A DNA stretch of 64,000 nt from Chiloscyllium plagiosum (taxonomy: Eukaryota): positions 26,125,523 to 26,189,522 of the forward strand of contig NC_057746.1 in assembly GCF_004010195.1 (NCBI RefSeq), written 5' to 3'. Every line of letters starts with the position of its first letter. Positions within the stretch are counted from its first letter, which is position 1. A model generated the notes under the pieces. The model did not search any database. It had not been told where the DNA came from and worked only from the letters and a program-made list of their open reading frames with translations. This document shows positions 1-12,400 of this stretch, in pieces. The translations under genes were made by a program, and so were the position numbers.

Positions 1-56
1 GAGAGAGGGGAGAGAGGGGGGAGACACAGAGAAGGAAAGACAGAGAGGGAGAGATA
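1..56. repeat. (GA)-rich simple repeat; other microsatellites are (CA)n 8124-8143 and (CT)n 56702-56720
   Basis: Direct reading. Confidence 0.85.
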
Positions 57-149
57 GCAAGGAGTCCACTTTTCTTCCTTGAAGTGAAAAACTGCGAAAA
101 AAGGCTTGTTGGTGTGTTCAGGCTTCACTGCAGCACAGAGCTGTTGTAC

Positions 150-155
150 TTTATT
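150..155 (-). terminator. Polyadenylation signal AATAAA of BAG6 (3' UTR about 200 nt)
   Basis: tttatt on the + strand about 200 nt after the stop, with U-rich downstream sequence on the minus strand (ccttttttcgcagtttttc). Confidence 0.75.
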
Positions 156-353
156 CAAGATTAAGAACAAACAACAAAAAAAAAGAGTGCAACGCGGAGT
201 TCCGCGGCGGGAGGAGAATAATTGAACAGTGTGGACAGTGAGTGGACTCACGATGGGGACCCACACAACATGGGAACCTTGCACTCGCTCCCTGGTCAGA
301 AACTGGACAAGTCCAGTCGACGGTGGGGGTTTGGGGAGAGAACGGAGGCTGCA

Positions 354-449
354 CTATGAGGGCTCTTCAAAGGCAGTGTGTGTGTTTGGAAACCGCTCTG
401 CGCTGTATTCCGGGTCTTCCCTTATCCTCTTCTGGATGTCGGACTGGAT
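354..449 (-). CDS. BAG6: BAG6 terminal coding exon [31 protein letters not shown]
   Basis: cag acceptor, TAG at 354-356; human [27 protein letters not shown]. Confidence 0.96.
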   Translation of the reverse strand: MQSDIQKRIREDPEYSAERFPNTHTAFEEPS

Positions 450-3400
450 CTGAAAGGAGAGGTGGGAAAAGAGGGAAAATCAACACGATCACTTCGAGTC
501 CTCCCCTCGCCACCTCCCTTCCCAGGATCAGGGCAGCGCTTGGAGCGGCCACTGGGCCCATCAAATTCACACTGGCTCCTTCTACAAACCGTTAAGTTGC
601 ACTCCTGTGCTCTTTTCCCCATGTCAGTGCTATGCGCAGGACTGCCACTTTCTGTTCCCACCATTGTCAAAACAACAGCTCTCTGGATTGGCTGCCCAAG
701 GTGCATTTATCAAACACAGTAAGGTTACCCCTTGGGAGGTATCACAGCTTAGTCCAAACATGTCTTTATCCACCACAGGATAGTGATCAGTAGCAGCGAT
801 CGGATAGACAGGGTGGCTTTATTCATTGGTGTATTGAGTATAGGAGTTGGGAGGTGATGTTGAGCCTCTGCAGGACATTGGTGAGGCCACCTTTGGAATT
901 CTGTGTTCAGTTCTGGTCTCCCTGCTATACGAAAGATGCCATTAGACTTGAAACTGTGCAGAAAAGATATATGAGGATGTTACCAGGGTTGGAAGGTTTG
1001 AGCTATAGGGAGAGGCTGAACAGGCTGGGACTGTTGGAGACAGTCCCAGCCTGTTCAGCGTGATCTTATAAAGGTTTATAAGATCATGAGGGGCATGGAT
1101 AGGCGAAGAGGCAAAGTCTTTTCCCCAGGGTAGGGGAGCCCAAAAACTGGAGGGCATAGGTTTAAGGTGAGAGGGGAAAGATGTAAACAGGACCCAAGGG
1201 GCAATTGTTTCACACAGAGGATGGTGCGTTTATGTAACGAGCTGCCAGATGAAGTTGGAAGAGGTTGGTATAATTACAGCATTTAAAAGGCATCTGGATG
1301 GGTACATGAATAGGGAGGGTTGAGAGAGATATGGGCCAAGTGCTGGCAAATGGGACTAGATTAACGTTTCTGGTTGACATGGACAAGTTGGACCGAAGGG
1401 TCCATTTCCGTGCTGTTCAACTCTATGACTGTACCCCGCTCTTGGGTGTGGAACGCAGGGTGAGGAGATGACGGAGTGGTATTACTGCTAAGACAATAAA
1501 ACCAGGTAATATTCTTGTGATCCAGATCAAATCCCATCATTACAGATAGTAGAATTTGAATTAGTGATGGCCATGAAAACTATGCTGATCGTCAGAAAGA
1601 CCCAACTGGTTCACTGATTTCCTTGAGGGACGGAAATCTCCGTCTTTACCTGTTCTGGCCTACGTATGACTTCACAGACCCAAAGCAATAGGGTTTCAGT
1701 TTCCCACTGGGCAACTAGGGACAGGCAGTAAATGCTGGCCTGGCCTGGTCGGTCAAGCCCAAATCCCGTGAATGAATAAACATAAAAATATAAATGCCCT
1801 TTGTTTTTTTTTATGTTTAAGATGAGGAATCAACCAATGCCTCAGTTTTAAAGCTTCCATCCTTATGGTCAACTCCTTCCGTTGCTCCACCTTTCCTGCC
1901 TCTCTAACTGCCGTCAGCTCTGCAAGGTGTGAGGTGCGATGACCCACAAGTTGGACAGGGATTGTAAGCCGTACTGTCAAAGGGCAGGAGGAATGAGGGG
2001 GCCCTGGACAGCTGAAGGCACACACCCCCTCTCCTCGCTAGCCCCACCTGAGTTGACAGAACAATTAAAAATCAGCGAGAGCGTTCCCAATATCTGGGGA
2101 GACTGCCCCCTCGAACAGATCTGTCACAGAAACTCAAGGGAAAGGTCACTGTCTGATGGAGGGAACATTTCCCACCTCCAGCCTTCAACACTCCACTAGT
2201 GTTGGCACTTGCTGTTGCTCCTTTAGGCCTTCCAAGCAGCGCTGAAGCGAGGTTTGTCGGCGTCTCCTCATTCTTTGCTCCGAAAGCTACAGAATTCTCC
2301 CTTCTCCCCCCCACCTGAGTTCTCCGACAATCTCCGCACCCCAGATCTGAGCTAACCCAGTTTCCATCACTTTGGGAAATTTTACCTGTTGCCTGTAGGC
2401 TTCTTGGGCCTCTGCTTTCTCCAGGTCCCGAGCCAGACTTTCCACGCTGGTGACCGGCTTGACGCCGACCGCTTTGGCAGCTTTACCCACGGCATCCGCC
2501 AGAGAGAGTTGTGGCCCTTCACCCTGCATTGTCTGCAACAGAGAGAGAAGGAACCTCTCACTCAACACAGCGACTGCCAGGAGAGAGCTCACTACCACTC
2601 GCACATCACACCACTGCTGAAGCGTACCCTGTAACCTTCTGTTTAAACTTGAAGGTCTTTTATACAACATAGAACAAAATAGTGTGCTGCAATTCAACAA
2701 TGTTGGGGTAGAGGAGATAGGATCAGGGTATCACACCAGTGAAGGACTGCGTTGGTCCGATCCACATCTCCATTTCTGGCCAGCACCATGGAGTGTCAAG
2801 AGAGGGGTGATAGAAAAACATAGACAGCAGTCACCAGGACTAAAGGATTTAACCAGGTTGATCAAGAAAACCTATTTCCTCTGATGCAAAATTAGAGCTA
2901 GGTCATTCGAGGTAGTGCCAGGAAGCACTTATGCAAATTATGGCGGAAATTTAAAATAGTCGGCCTCTGCCTGCGTCTGTCGGGTAACAGTATGAATGAC
3001 CACAGAACCAAGGCAGATAGATGGAGTTACATGAAAAACATCAGCTCTGACCTCATTGAATGGAAGGACACCTAAAGTGTTAGCTTTCCTGTCAACCTGA
3101 CTGACTTACTGCATAGTCCAGGCAGCAGGCATAAAGCTTTTCCTCAGGAATACTGGGAAACTGTTCCAGGGCAACTGGAGAATTGCTTTTTACTAAAACG
3201 TACAGACTGCAGAGGCGTTGGCCAAGATAATTCATGAAGTTCGTTGTTGCACCATCAGTAAATTGACGTTACAGTGAATACAACAGGAAACTGGCTCACA
3301 TATACATTTCCAGCCCAAATGTTTACTTAACCAGATCCAATAGTAAACACTGATGTAAAAGTGACAGGATATTTGCGTGTCCCCAAGGCTTTTAATGTCA

Positions 3401-6400
3401 TCGTACAACAGGGGGCCAATTTTTAAAATATAGTCTCAGGAGAAGAACCAAAAAGGCCATTATTTTGTTGTCTGTCCCGAACTGCACGGACTTTCTGGGT
3501 CATTTCAGACGATGGTCAAGCTTACTGTGGGCCTGTAGTCACGTGTAAGCCTAACCAGGTAAGGGCGGCAGATTTTCCTTCCTAGAGGGCGTTTGACAAT
3601 CAGATGGGTTTTTTTTTAAAATGACAATTGAAGCCAGCTCCATAGTCACCATCCCCGAGAGCAGCTTTCTATCCCAGATTTCATTAAACAAATTTAAACG
3701 TCAGCAAATGATTGGTCACTGGCTGCAGCACATCGAGCACTGCATCCTGTAAAATGGGATGCCACAGAGCCAAGTAAAACCTTGACTGATTTTGACCTGC
3801 TTTAAAGCAACATACAGCACACGGTGAGGCCACTCTGCTCTCTCTTTGTCATAGAGTTACACAATCTTAATCCTCTGCCAATGGCGACAGACCCCGCAAA
3901 CTGTCCTTTCCAAGTAATGCATACAATCCCTCTGCAAACAAGCTGCTGTTTCCACCACCCTTGCCTGGGAAGTGCATTGCAGATCCTAACTTGCTAGCTA
4001 TTCACTCTCTCTCCTGCTGCTTTCTGAGCCAATTCTTCTACATGTCTTTTGTGGTCACTGAATGGTAATCATTTTCTCCTCATTGACTCTGTCGGAACAC
4101 TACTCATTCATGCCTTAACCTGCCCTCCGAGAGCAATCTCAGCTTCTCCACACAGCTCCCATCCCTTGTATCCTTTTGACAAATCTGTTTGGTGTCCTGC
4201 TCAAAACCTTGATTTTTTTTCTGAAGTGCAAGTTGAGGGTGAGGTAAGATATCCCAGATGAGTACAACCCACTGGTTTGAGATCTCTGTTAAATCCAGGG
4301 AACCATGTACGTATTTGGATAGAATCAACTTGAGCCAGCTCATTTTCATTGTTCTCCTGGTACACTTACCGAATGCTTCGCGCACTGGTTAGTGACATAC
4401 ACACGGATAAGATCAAAGGGAAGGTGCATTACCTTGCGCCGTTTAGCTGGCATGCCGCTGAGGTAGGCATCACTGAGAGGAGGCTGCGGCTTCATCTTCC
4501 TCTGGCTCTGGATGTCCTGTCGGATTACGGGCACCCATTCCTGAGACGGAAAACAACAGGTCACAGACTGGCACTCTGAACCCACTGCCCTGCCCTGTTC
4601 CAGAGGGGCAGTGTGTCTGACCTAGTGCCCCCACCCAGTGCCAAATTTTGGGGTGGGGGCAGGGAGAGAGACAAAGGCAAAACCACTGTGCCACCCAATG
4701 CCAAAGGGGAAAGAATATCTGACCCAATGCCCCACACTGAGCCAAAGGGAAGACATCAGAGCCTGATCAACTGCCCGGCCCAGTTTCAGAGGGGGAAAGA
4801 CAAAGTCTGACCCACTGCCCCAGCCAGTGCCAAAGGTGGGAGAACGACAGAATCTGACCCATTGTCCTGCCCAGTCCCAGAGGGGTAGTGTCTGCCCCAC
4901 TGCCCTGCTCAGAACCCGAGGGGCAGAGTGCCTGACCCACCCAGTGCCACAGAGCGAATGAGCACTGGTGATCTACTGTTCTGCCCAGTCCCAAGGGCAG
5001 TATCGGACCCACTGGTTCTACCCTGTCCCGGGGCAAGACAGTGTCTGACTTTGGGGACTGGGGGCAATTTGCACCCACTGAACTGCACAACCTGCAAGTT
5101 AACACCCTCCCAGGGGTGACAAACAAAACGCAGATCTTTTGTTTTCCTGGCCGGGGCTCTTCCTACAGAGAGCCATGGGATAATTTCACGCAGGGCTTAA
5201 AAATTACGAAGGGATTGGTGGGGGAGCCGTGAAGGAAAGGTTTCCACAGGTGGCAGGTGGGTGGGCGAGAGGGGATGGGGGTAGAGCGAAACCCGAGGTC
5301 ACAAACAGAAAACAGTCGTCAGCAAAATCCAATAGTGAATTCAGGAGAAAGTTTACTCCTCGGAGCTCGGTGAGAATGTGGAACGGGATCGTTAAAGTTG
5401 AGCAGCGTAACTGTGCCGAAGGGACAGCCAGGTAAATACAGGAGAGCTGAGGAGGGGTCGGTGACTGAGGGGAGCAACAGAAGCCTTGGTGAACCAGTGC
5501 AGACAGGTGACCCGCTCCTGCGCTGCGCAGGCGGCAAAACTCACCGGCGGCACAGCGGCCACCCAGGGCTCTGCCTCGGAGCCTTCCCTCTGTGCAGCGT
5601 CCGCTCCCATTGATACGGCAGGCTCTGTTGACATCACCTCCTCCGCGGTGGTGGCGGGAGCGGGAGACGCAGTCGAGTCCTTCCTCTGTCGGCCAAAACA
5701 GGGGAGACAAAAAAAAAAACACCCTAAATCACTGGGGTTAGAGAGTCCGGGGCGGGGGGGGGGGGAGCTACAGGAGGTCGTGAGCGAAAAGCAACTGGCG
5801 CCTACGTCAACTCTCAACTAACAGGAAATAAAACAGAGGGCACAGACGCATCAGCAAACAAGAGGGAAGAAAATGACAGGTCCTGTTTGAGAAGACAGCC
5901 CCTGCGCAGGATTTTGATTTAGCTGGTGAGGAACGCAGGCCGCGATCCCAGAAGAGCTTCGGGATGAGGAAATTGGAATTCCGATTCAATACCAAAGAGG
6001 CGGGTGGCAAAAGCCAACCAGTGGCCAGGGTCTCAACACAATGGGGTTTCTCGACCATACAAGGAAGTCACTTGGCCCATCAAGTCCAAGTCGGCCCCCC
6101 CCACCCCAGCACAGCAATCCAGACCGACCCACTGTCTCTACGTGGTGCCTGTAGCCATAGAGACGTACAGCACAGATACAGACCTTTCAGTCCAACTCAT
6201 CCATGCTGACCAGATACCCTAAACTGATCTAGTCCCATTTGCCAGCATATGGCCCACATCCCTCTGGACCCTTCCTATTCATATACCCATCCAGATGCCT
6301 TTTAAATGCTGTAATTGTACCAGCCGCCACCACTTCCTCTGGCAGCTCATTCCATACACACACCATGCTGTGTGAGAAAGTTGCCCCTTAGATTCCTTTT

Positions 6401-9400
6401 AAACCTTTCCGCCTCTCACTTTTGACTCCCCCACCCCTAGTGAAAAGAGCATACCTATTCACCTTATCCATGCCCCTCATAGTTTTTTAAAACATCTATA
6501 AAGCTCACCCCTCAGCCGTGTTTGTCCCAGCCTATTCAGCCTCTCCCTACAGCTCAAATCCTCCAACCCTGGTAACATCCTTGTGAATCTTTTACGAACC
6601 CTTTCAACTTTCACAACATCTTTCCTACAGCAGGGAGACCAGAACTGAACGCAATAATTGAAAAGTGCCCTGCACGTTTATTTTCATCGAAGCCAAATTT
6701 CCCTTCAAAATCACTGATAGTTTCTCGCGTCCTCCCCCCCTCCGCTAACATTAGCTGCAAGTTGCCCTGACTGCATCGGAGGTGGTGTCGGTGCCATTGT
6801 AGGATTTCGACCATCCCCAGACTGTCGCTGCACAGTGCTTGGTGAATCAAAGCCACAAGGAATACTGATTGCAGCTTGTTAATCCTATGCATTCTCAGCC
6901 ATACTCTCATCTCCCCATCCAAAACTGTCTTAAAGCAGGAGGAGCTATGTGTGGGGCCCTGTCATTACCTGCCTGTGCTTGCCTTCTGACAAGAGTTGGC
7001 TCTATCAGGTAACCTCTGCCAACTACTCCGGACCTTGAATTTTTTTTAAAAAAATCTATTTTTCTAATGAACCCATTCAGACATGTAATTACACACTTAC
7101 ACGGTGGGACTTGAACATGGGTGGTCTGGTACAGGGGAAGGGACATTACCACCGTGCCTCAAGAGGATGCCAAGGACTTTGAAAGATAACGGTGGGAAGT
7201 CCCCACCAATTACCTCGTCAGAGTAACATATTGCTGTGCAGTATTCACCAAGAGTGGCCAGGTTGGAAGACTGGCCTTTAAGAATTGCATGCAAAGTCAA
7301 CATTTCTGATCAGCCCATTGCTTTTAAAACACTGGGGGGCTTCTCATGTTACCTGTGGTGCTTCCTGCACAGTCTCTTCAGACTCTGTTGGATGTTCCTC
7401 CACACGGTCCTCAGACATGTTCTGCATTAAAGGAGGCACTGTTAGAGTTGCACATAGAATAACACAATCCCTACAGTGTGGAAACAGGCCCTTCGGCCCA
7501 ACAGGTCCACACCGACTCTCTGAAGAGTAACCCACCCAGACCCATTCCCCTACATTTACCTAACTTACACATACCTGGACACTGTGGAGCTATTTAGCAT
7601 GGCCAATACACCTGACCAGCACATCTTTAGACTGTGGGAGGAAACCAGAGTTATCTTTCAGATCGACGGTCTCCCTCACCAAGACCTCTCCCCTTCTGAT
7701 TCGTTCCAATCATTTATGTTCATACCTCAAAGCAGCTTTTCTGGTCTTTATCGCAGTGTTGGCTGGGGGACCTCAGAGAGTGGTGGGTGTATGGAATGCT
7801 CTGCCCCAGAAAGCTGTGGAGGCCAAGTCTCTTGATACTTCCAAGAAAGAGTTGGATAGAGCTCTTAAGGATAGTGGAATCAAGGGTTATGGGGATAAGG
7901 CAGGAACAGGATACTGATTGAGGATGATCAACCATGATCATAATGAATGGTGGTGCTGGCTCGAAGGGCAGAATGGCCTACTCCTGCATCTATTGTCTAT
8001 TGCTGCATTTTCCAGTACAGTACAGCCACTACATGCTAAACACAATCTACCGACTGTAAACGAGATTGGGGATGCTACATCCATGAAAGTTCACGCAGCA
8101 ATGCCTCAGAGGTAACACTCCGAACACACACACACACACACACAAAACCACCCTACACACCCGCTCTCTCGTGTACCTAACTCCGGGATGCAGAGATGTT
8201 TTACCTCTTTACCTGACTTGCTAGTGGATTACCTGCTGTGTTTCTGGCTCTTGGGCCGAAGGTTGCCTCCTCCTGACATACTGCAGAATCTGCTCCTCTG
8301 TCACTGGCATGTGCTCCATGATCACTTGTAGCCTCATTGCCATCATAGTGGTCAGCCAGTTCACCAGCGAGGGGTTAACATCCACTGACATACGCCGCTG
8401 AGGTGGCGTTTGAGAAAAGCAGAACAGGAAGGAAAGGCAATTAGAATGCAGTGCTCCCAGCCTAAACCCACTTTGGAACATCAGAGCGTGTGGGTTGACA
8501 AACAAATTCTAATCGGTCAACGCCAGTGATCTGTTGCGCTGTTGCAAGGTTGGGAGGGGGGGGGTTCAGGTAAAACAAACCAAATCAAAGAACTGGAGAA
8601 AAAGGAGGGAAAAGGAAGCGAAAGAGAAAGGAGAGAAGTAGAAAGGAAGGGGCACGAACCATGGTCAGCTACATTTACATAATAGTGGTGGGCACTTGGA
8701 ACGCGTTGCCAGCAGAGGTGGTAGAGGCAGGCACGGCAGATTCGTTTAAGATGCGCTTGGACAGATGCATGTGTAGGTGGGGAGCACAGAGGGATACAAA
8801 TGCTTAGGAATTGACCAACAGGTGTAGACAGTACATGCAGAGGTGGTAGAGGCAGGCACGGCAGATTCGTTTAAGATGCGCTTGGACAGATGCATGTGTA
8901 GGTGGGGAGCAGAGGGACACAGATGCTTAGGAATTGACCGACAGGTGTAGACAGTACATTTGGATCAGCTCAAGCTTGGAGTGCCGAAGGGCCTGTTCCT
9001 GGGCTGTAAACTTTCTTTGTTCTTTAGCTTAAATACAGCAGTCGTTTCAGGCTGTGATACTAGAGCGCGGTCAGACTGTCAGGAACTCAGATTTGTTTTG
9101 GAGTCTTTAATGGGATTGCAAGAACAAAAATTGGGTGTTCATCCCTAACCGTCCCTTGGACTCAGTGGCATGCTAGGACGACTTTTCGGCGTACAGTTAA
9201 CCACAATGCTGAGGGGGCCTGGGGTCATCTCGTTCAGTCCAGGTAACGGGGGTAAGATTCAATTCTCTGAAGGACATCAATAAACTAAAAAGAGATTTTC
9301 AACAACCATCAAAAATTGCTTCGTGGTCACTGTTAACTTCATACGTCCAAATTATTAATAAGGCTAAATTAATTAATTAATTATTGAATTTAAATTCCAC

Positions 9401-12400
9401 CAGACGCTGTGGTGGATTTGAATCTATGTTGTCAGAACATGTGCTCAGGCCTCAGGATGACTAGGGATGGGCACAGCAATTCAGACAGCATCCGAGGACA
9501 GGCAAAATCGACGTTTCGGGCAAAAGCCCTTCATCAGGAAGGGCTTTTGCCCGAAACGTCGATTTTGCCTGTCCTCGGATGCTGCCTGAATTGCTGTGCT
9601 CTTCCAGCACCACTGATCCAGAATCTGGTTTCCAGCATCTGCATTGTTTTTACCTCAGGATGACTACACCAGTGACTTCACTACCACTCTACTGTCTACA
9701 TTGGGATGAGGAACAAGTGGAATTAAGTTCAGATGTATATTTCAGATTTATCAGCTGCTACGGTGGAAGTTGACCTCATAATCCAGAGGCATTAGCTTGG
9801 ACCTCCCCAGCGATGTTGCCCTTGTGCCACCATCACCACCTGCTGCCATTTACAGAGATTTTGTTCCGCCCCCGAACGCAAAGGTTCACTTACGATCCGA
9901 TCATTGATGACTGTAGTCAACGCACTCTGCTCTCCTCGTAGACTGTAGAGGTTCAGCGCTAAGCACTCAAACAGAGCCTGATTACACAGCTCCAGAAGTC
10001 GGTGACCAAAACTAGCGTCTGTGGGAAGAGAGAGACATCAGAGAGGACACAAAGCCAGGTCAGGTGTGACAAAGAGGGCAAGAGCAAACAAACGAAGGAG
10101 TCACTGAACGAGCAAAGAGTTTCTCTCCTGCTCCCTGACAGCTCAGTGGGTCAAATCCAACGGTATTGGCTGATCTCAACCAACTGGCCTCAGAAACCCC
10201 TGCAGTTTGCAGGCGTGAGGAAAACTTTACGGGATTTCTGCCCCCATTAATCATCCCTGGACTTCCAAGGAACCGGCAGTTGCATCACCCTGGGGAGGAT
10301 GAGATGAGGTTTGTGAATCGGGTGAAACAATCGCGCAGACCCCAACCCACACTCGACCGACAATCCCGGAGCGACTCAAGCTCCTGTGTGAACTGAAGGC
10401 CAGCAGAAAGCTAGTGTAGTGGAGAGGAAGGAGCAAGAGATGGAAGTAGAGAAGGGTCAGCAAAAGAGAACAAATAAACAAGGACAGCAGCAAGACAAGC
10501 ACACAGTACCCGTGCACTGGAGAATGTGTGTAGCAATCCGATTGAACTGCTCCCTCAAGAATTCCAAATTTGTACTGGTGATGTCTACTTCATCTCGCAC
10601 AACCACAGACGCCTCGAGAGAAAACAAACAACATTAGCAAGCAGCACCGCTTTATATCAGGCAATTTATTACCATCAAAATCAGCTCTCTATCAGGCCCC
10701 AGGCAATTCATAGAACATAAAACATTACAGCGCAGTACAGGCCCTTCGGCCCTCGATGTTGCGCCAACCTGTGGAACCAATCTGAAGCCTATCTGTCCTA
10801 CACGATTCCATGCTCATCCATATGCCTATCCAATGGCCATTTAAATGCCCTTAAAGTTAGTGAGTCTATTACTGTTGCAGGCAGTGTGTCCCACGCCCCT
10901 ACTACTCTCTGAGTAAAGAACCTACCTCTGACATCTTTCTATATCTATCAACCCTCAATTTAAAGCTATGCCCCCTCATGATAGCCATCACTATCCGAGG
11001 AGAAAGGCTCTCACTGTCCACTCAATCTAACCCTCTGATTATCTTAAATGTCTCAATTAAGTCACACCTCAATTTTCTTCTCTCTAACAAAAACAGCCTC
11101 AAGTCCCTCAGTCTTTTTTCCATACCAGGTAACATAGAAGTAAATCTCCTCTGAATCCTTTCCAAATCTTCCACATCCTTCCTATAATGCAGTGACCAGA
11201 ACTGTACGTAATACTCCAAGTGTGGCCACACCAGAGTTTTGTACAGCTGCAGCATGACCTCGTGGTTCCAAAACTCAATCCCTCTACTAATAAAAGCTAA
11301 CACACAGTATGCCTTCTTAACAACCCTATCAACCTGGGTGGCAACTTTCAGGGATCTATGTGCACGGACACAGAAATCCCTCTACTCATCTACATGACCA
11401 AGAATCTTACCACTAACCCAGTATTGCTATTGCTCCTTCCAAGTGAAACGTCTCACACTTTTCCACATTAAACTCCATTCGCCACCTCTCAGCCCAGCTC
11501 TGCGGCTTATCTATATTGCTCTGTAAACTACAACATCCTTCAGCACCACCACAACTGTACCGCCTTTAGTGTCATCTGCAAATTTACTAACCCATCCTGC
11601 TACGCCCTCATCCAGGTCACTTATGAAAATGACAAACAGCAGTGGCCCCAAAACAGACCCTTGCAGTACACCACTAGTAACTGAACTCCAGGATGAACGT
11701 TTCCCATCAACCACCACTGTCTTCTTTCTTTTTTCATAAAGGGTGAGGACAGTTGGAATGCACCCCAGGCCAGGGCATCTCTCTCGTGTCTGCTTCCACT
11801 CTGCTCTGTACCAGCTCAGCACCAACTGCTGGGCATGCAACTTGCTGCCAACTGCCTCATTCCCATTACAGAAGCAAAGCTTTAACAGCCCGAGAGCTCA
11901 GGATGCCAGTTTGCTCACTGAGCTGGAAGGGTTGTTTTCAGACGGTTCCTCACCATGCTCGGTAACATTATCAGTGAGCCTCTGGTGAAGCGCTGGTGTT
12001 ATGTCCCACTTTATACATGTGTGTCGTGGTCTCAGAAAGCAGGACGTAACACCAGCGCTTCACCAGAGGCTCACTGATGACGTTAACTAGCATTGTGGCA
12101 AAATGTCTGAAAACAAACCTTCCAGCTCAGCGAGCAAACTTGCAACCTGAACCTCAACCTCAGCTACAAACCTGCAAGCCTCAAGAGCCGCGGATGGACC
12201 GAAGACCTGGGACAACGACTCATGAGCACTGGTCTGAAGGAGATCACATTTCTTGTTGGCATGGCAAGGTGGTACAGGACCAGAGGGGAATCTACGGCTA
12301 TCTTATGACAAGTCCAGTTATGATCGGGAAATAGTCAGAGAACAAAGAAAATTTACAACCCAGGAACAGGCCCTTCGGCCCTCCAAGCCTGAGCCGATCT

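Noticed and set aside
4575-5075. Repeat-spacer pattern resembling a CRISPR array
   Set aside because: Eukaryotic intron, degenerate repeats of variable length, related spacers and no cas genes.
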